DNA of 64,000 nt from Lingula anatina (taxonomy: Eukaryota > Animalia > Brachiopoda): NCBI GenBank assembly GCA_051362555.1, contig CM120641.1:23566401-23630400 (forward strand), written 5' to 3'. The stretch's first letter is position 1. Each line of letters starts with the position of its first letter. Below the pieces are notes generated by a model that was not told the DNA's origin, did no database searches, and worked only from the letters and a program-made list of their open reading frames with translations. This document shows positions 41,720 to 64,000 of this stretch, one piece after another. The position numbers were made by a program, and so were the translations under genes.

Positions 41720-43892
41720 AGTGACGCACAGAAAATGGCTAGTGCGACGAACTGATTACAGTGAAGGCCGAGCAAATATCGACACATTCTGCAGCCAGGC
41801 ATTAGCTCTAGGTGCCGTTGCATATAAACCTCTAGTAGATACTGTACAACCTTTATGTAAAAACCCAGATGGTGCCGCCGCTTTACTCTCACTCAAGGTG
41901 AGGGAGAGCGGAAACACTAGTGCCCGCATGCCTTCCATAGAACCAACTCACGTATGCTTTAATAGTTCAATAAAATAATCGGTTGCCGATATTCCTCAGT
42001 CGTAATGACAGAACTAATATTATGGTAAGCTGATGCATTCGTTCTGCCTCCTTGCGATCATTCTCTAGCAGTCTCTTAGGCTCTGCGATACAGACGTGAC
42101 CTTTGCCTATCGTCCTGAGATATTGGTCAAAATATCAGAAAAAAACTTCCGTTTTCGAGACAGTTGGCCTGCGATATCTGATGGTATTCTCTTAGTAAAC
42201 GCCTTCGTTATTAAAATTGGGTCATTGCGCGCCGTCTCCTAAATAGTCGCCATACATAAAACGGTCACCAAATACGAATCTTCTAGGACTGACCAATCAT
42301 TTCATCAAACACATATGAAAATGAAACTCGTCTTTTCGCTTGAAAATAATATGCGTTGATCATTCCCGTTGAAAGTGAATTATTACTTCAGATTATACCA
42401 GGTCACTGGAAGAACCAAACGTTGCCGTCTGATTCCGAGACGCTAGAAAATCAGGGTCCCTTCAAACGACATTCATCTGTCATCTTCTTCTGTCTGGATG
42501 CTGCTCTTTGCTCGTTTCTTCAGGTGAGTGATCATTCCCAACACAATCATTCCCACCTACGTGCAGTATATAACCCAGCGAAGGAAGGACGTTGGTCTGT
42601 CGATCGGTATATGTGCACGTGCGAATTAAAGCTCCCAGGTTCTCTTTTCAACCTCTTTTACCTCTTTAATCGGCAACACTTTACCGGTGCAAACCATACA
42701 CGATGGTCTTTAGCCAATTAAACCGAGATGGAGTCCGTAGAGTAGTAAGGTGTGCAAACCTACCAAACACATGGAGCTGTCTGCCGGTTTGCGATCAATA
42801 CGATCTACATAGTCTTATATTTGGCTGCCTGATGGACAGACTCGACGCCATCATCACTGCCAACCTTCACGGCGGCCGCTCTGAGAAATGTCGACTGCGG
42901 AATATACGAGTTCTACCCGAAAGTCTTGTGAAATCAGTCCGATTGGTTTCATACAAATAAATTGCCAGCTGATCTTTAATCTCATATGTTTCTGTATTAC
43001 TACAGATGTATTCTGAACGCTCTCTAGGCTCTATTGCGGGCGCAAAAATGGCTAAATACGAAAATCAAAGTGCCTGCAGTTCAACTTCAAGGAAAGACGT
43101 TGCTTTCACATATCCATTTGAACAGAATATGATTAATTAACAAACTTAAATAACAGAAGAAAGTGTCAGAATCCCTTTGTTGATCGAGCTGTAATCATGC
43201 TGCTACTGTCGAGAGAATGAGCACGTGAAAGACTCGGGGACATATGTTAGTAATGACAGTTTATATATGGTGCCACTTGTCTAACACAATAAACTCTTCA
43301 TCGTGAAGTGTTTTTCGCTAAATGAAATTCTCACACTCCAATAATTTCGCACAAAATTGTTAAAACATTTTTTATACGTTTTTATGCTTTATATGGTGCA
43401 ATGTTGCATTCATCCAGTGAACAGGCAACTATAGTGAAACTTTTTGTAATATGGCTAGGAAACTTCTTCGTAGTTCAATATCTGGAGGTTTAATGCAGAT
43501 TCGCAACGCTTAAAATTATTCACATCAATGAAAGGAATAAATATTTTGGTAACCAGGCGCGTCATATCGAGACCCAAGCTTAACTTAATTAATTATACAT
43601 CATCATGAACATGAAATATTCTGGTCCCCGCATCTGACGTTTACGGTTTCAGAACCTGCGGTTTCTAGCATCGTGTCATTCTTCATTATTTTTCGTCTAT
43701 ATCTATAGCAACACATTTTTCGAAAAAATCAAAAAAACTTCTACACTTACTTATTATTATTTTGAAAGATATACAACGGTGTTTTGAGGATGGGGAAATA
43801 TTGTGAAATGTCCAACTTGCACGTGACGTCACAACCACATAGCCAAATAGTGTCTTGCCAAATAGTGTCTAGGGACCATTCCCACAGGTATT

Positions 43893-44090
43893 TGGATCGA
43901 TCTATCTCCCTGGGGAGTCTCACTAAATCGCTATCAACTTAACCAGCTTAAATGTCTGTCACGCCTAGTAAAGCTGTTAGGGGGTAATTATCTTTACCCC
44001 TAGGTGATTCGGTAGGCATGAGAGACATTTATCAATCCCGTTAAGTTGATAGCAATTTATTGAGACTCCCCAGGGAGTTAGACCGATCCA
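43893..44090. repeat. ~200-bp imperfect palindrome (fold-back; MITE-like or hairpin RNA)
   Basis: Outer arms match at 47 of 51 positions; a middle stem matches 17 of 19; an inner TAGGGG(G)TAA/TTACCCCTA stem closes a short loop. Confidence 0.9.
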
Positions 44091-44476
44091 GATGGATCAA
44101 TCTAGGCATGGGAACCCAGTCTTAAATGCGTATGCAATCACACGTGGATTTACTTATCACAATTTTATTTAAAAAGACTGGCTTTATAAGGATTATTGTC
44201 ATAAATTCAGTAGTTTACGTGTTAAACACTAAGACCACATTCAAAATAATATTAAAGTGACATTTGAAGTAAATCAACAATAACTGCATCTTAACGCGTA
44301 TACAGATAACATCAACAGAAATATTTAATTGTATTCAACATTTTATAAACACTACTAATACATATTAATGGGCATGAACAACGCAACAGGTTTACTTGGA
44401 GGAATTATTTTAAATATGTTGCCTCTGAAAAAAGGAAATATGATGTCCCCTTCATATCCTTGCTATCTTCAATTAT

Positions 44477-46023
44477 TTATTCCTCTTTAACTTCCACTTT
44501 ATCCAAAACTGTCTGTTTTGTTTCCATTTCTTCAGTCAACTTGTTTTTACTTATATAAAATGTCCACCTTTTAGTGTATTCTTTTGTATACTGTTCAAAA
44601 TCTAACCTGTAAATTTCGAATCTGAAAAAAAAATCCATTTGAGATATTTAAATATAAAGTATATATTATAACTAAATGTCTTAAATATAAAACACTAAAC
44701 GACTGTTCTAAAAGTCTTCCTGGGGAAAAAACATTATTCTGGCAAATAATTTTTCTATCCATCAGAAAGAATAACTCTGGTTCTAAACAGAAGTTCACAT
44801 GACAACACAAAGGAAAAAAGAATCTCTAGAATTTAACATTTAAAGACAAAAAGTAGACTAATAAAAATCCATTACTTTGTGTTTTCTTTCTCCCTGCTAG
44901 CAAAGGAAAACAAATGTCCTTTCCCTTTAGGACCAAGCACAGGAATCTTTATCTAAAATGAAAAATATTAATCTGTCCTTTAAATTTTGGTTTGGCTCCT
45001 CATTCCAACAATTACCTATATCATCTTGGTCATACTATATGACACTAACTTTAAGGAAGCTAGCTTACATTCCATCTCACCAACTTATTCCTTTATTTAC
45101 AATATATGGCAACAAAACATGAAAGTCTTATCTCTCTTTAAAACAAAGTAGTACCAGTACTCTTATTATTAAAGAAATTGATTTTGATTGCACTGTCTTA
45201 GATCCTACAGTAGATACTGTTTAATGTATCATATGGTCACCAATGTGCAATCCTGTCGCATTCAGTACTGTTTAAAAATTAATTGTCGAGTTCAGTGCCT
45301 TTTAAAAATTAAGTTTCCACATGAAAGTACTCAGTATTATATAGCCAGGTTTTGTCCCTGATATGACTTTATAATATTCAAAACATATATCCTTACCACA
45401 ACACTTAATTCATTCCCCACTACAGAGGCTGGGTCAAAAGGTGACAGGGGTTTCGCTGTGACAGGCTCTCCAAGGTAAGAAATAGCAGGTGTATAGCCCT
45501 TTAATATTTCTACTGCATCTTTGTAATAATTTTGGTCACTAAACATGGCTGGAAGACAAAGACACATAACAAAACGTAATGTCAGTAAAAAGCCAGGCAT
45601 TTACAAATACCCCTCAGTATGAAACTGAAAGATAAAGGGTTAGATTGGATTTTAACTCCAACAAAATAAAAATTTAGAAATAATGTTAACATTTTGCAAT
45701 AGAATTTAATAGTAAAACCAAACTTATCCTACCTTACTTTCAAATGGGGGTGAATTTGTTACGTGTAAGTATCTGCTGAGAACCAGTACCAGTTCCAGCT
45801 TTGTCAATGAAGATCAGAACAAACTTGATTATCTTTATTTCTCCTAACAACATTTAATTTAACGTCACTAACCATAATGCCTCCTTGTCTTTCGAGTCCA
45901 AGCATAATAAGTGGACAGTGTACCACAGCTGAAGACAGTCAAAATAGCTACGATATACGTCTCTCTGCTGACATTATTTACAAATTTAATAACCTTACTA
46001 AGTCCATTTCTAAACATTGCCAT
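44477..46023 (-). CDS. COA1: Cytochrome c oxidase assembly factor 1 homolog (Coa1/Tim21-like family); ~174 aa
   Basis: Four phase-consistent exons: 46023-45873, 45548-45397, 44952-44876, 44621-44477 (525 nt). Basic N-terminus, one TM helix (YIVAILTVFSCGTLSTYYAW), then FSDQNYYKDAVEILK..LGEPV..IKIPVLGPKGKGHLF, matching the recalled COA1 pattern (YYK.A...L...LG.P...KIPV.G.K..G.L). An acceptor at 46090 implies an upstream UTR exon; minus-strand AATAAA at 44164-44169. Confidence 0.8.
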
Positions 46024-46448
46024 GGGTTAAACATGTGGGACCTCGCTTGCAGTTTTTACTGCCAGTGCATGGTGAATTTAAAAGCGAGGCTGTAAAATGG
46101 AAAGGTTTGATAAAAACAACATTTTATATGATCTGCATATATTCTAAACATTTCATTTCCTGATATTTGTAAAACATAAAAAGAAAAATTGATAGTATTA
46201 TCTTCCACAAAAAGAAAGAAAGAAAACGAAATTATTTCATTAAGCATTATCGTATATGCTTTTGTTCCGCTACTTGTGCATTTTAAGTCCTAATTTTACA
46301 TTTCGCAGGTTTAAGAAATGTCTCTGTCTATAAAAGTATCTGTTTGACATATTTACACAACATTTTGTGTTTCTTAATAAGAAAATATATAAATTATGTC
46401 ATATAAATGATTTTTGAATAATTAATTTTTTTCTCTGCACAACGAGAT

Positions 46449-46494
46449 GTCAACATTGTTGCTTGGCAACGTGCAGCACGAAATCCGCCATCTT
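46449..46494. promoter_or_regulatory. Core of the bidirectional COA1/DNAH7 promoter: forkhead-like site, RFX X-box, YY1 motif
   Basis: GTCAACA at 46449-46455; palindromic GTTGCTTGGCAAC at 46458-46470; CCGCCATCTT (reverse AAGATGGCGG) at 46485-46494. The cluster lies in a CpG-richer patch between the divergent ATGs, ~150 bp upstream of the dynein ATG. Confidence 0.7.
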
Positions 46495-46622
46495 GTTTGA
46501 CGGAGAAAATATTGCGAGTTGCTGAATCTGTTTTGTATTTATAATCATTAATTTCGTGCTATCATTAGCTAGAATATCGAATGACCACGTTAGTGGAGAG
46601 CTGATGTTTTGCACTCCTAAAA

Positions 46623-64000
<17,378 letters not shown>

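Noticed and set aside
42356-42960. Plus-strand ORFs (121 and 85 aa) upstream of the GPCR
   Set aside because: No homology cues; the CpG-rich region is better explained as GPCR promoter or 5' UTR.

Overview
This is AT-rich, intron-containing animal genomic DNA, not prokaryotic. Repeat types and mosaic CpG depletion suggest a marine invertebrate, possibly lophotrochozoan; the species cannot be determined. Hand-splicing at GT-AG sites with consistent phases gives four protein-coding genes: (1) a stand-alone NHL-repeat beta-propeller protein with a single coding exon (+, 7107-8039); (2) a complete 10-exon GPR158/GPR179-like class C orphan GPCR (-, 41719-14273, ~826 aa, with a 19.8 kb first intron); (3) a 4-coding-exon COA1-like mitochondrial complex IV assembly factor (-, 46023-44477, ~174 aa); (4) the 5' half of axonemal dynein heavy chain DNAH7 (+, 46623 to the window end, ~40 exons, through AAA3). 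COA1 and DNAH7 are head-to-head across ~600 bp carrying X-box, forkhead-like and YY1 motifs. Non-coding features are a Helentron-type (HINE/pearl-like) element with 161-bp repeats, a ~200-bp fold-back, small MITE remnants, a minisatellite and microsatellites. I found no CRISPR array, tRNA, rRNA or clearly new multi-gene system. The best leads are the diverged ligand pocket of the GPCR, the NHL-only protein, the shared promoter and the fold-back. Family assignments come from recalled protein sequences, not database searches.
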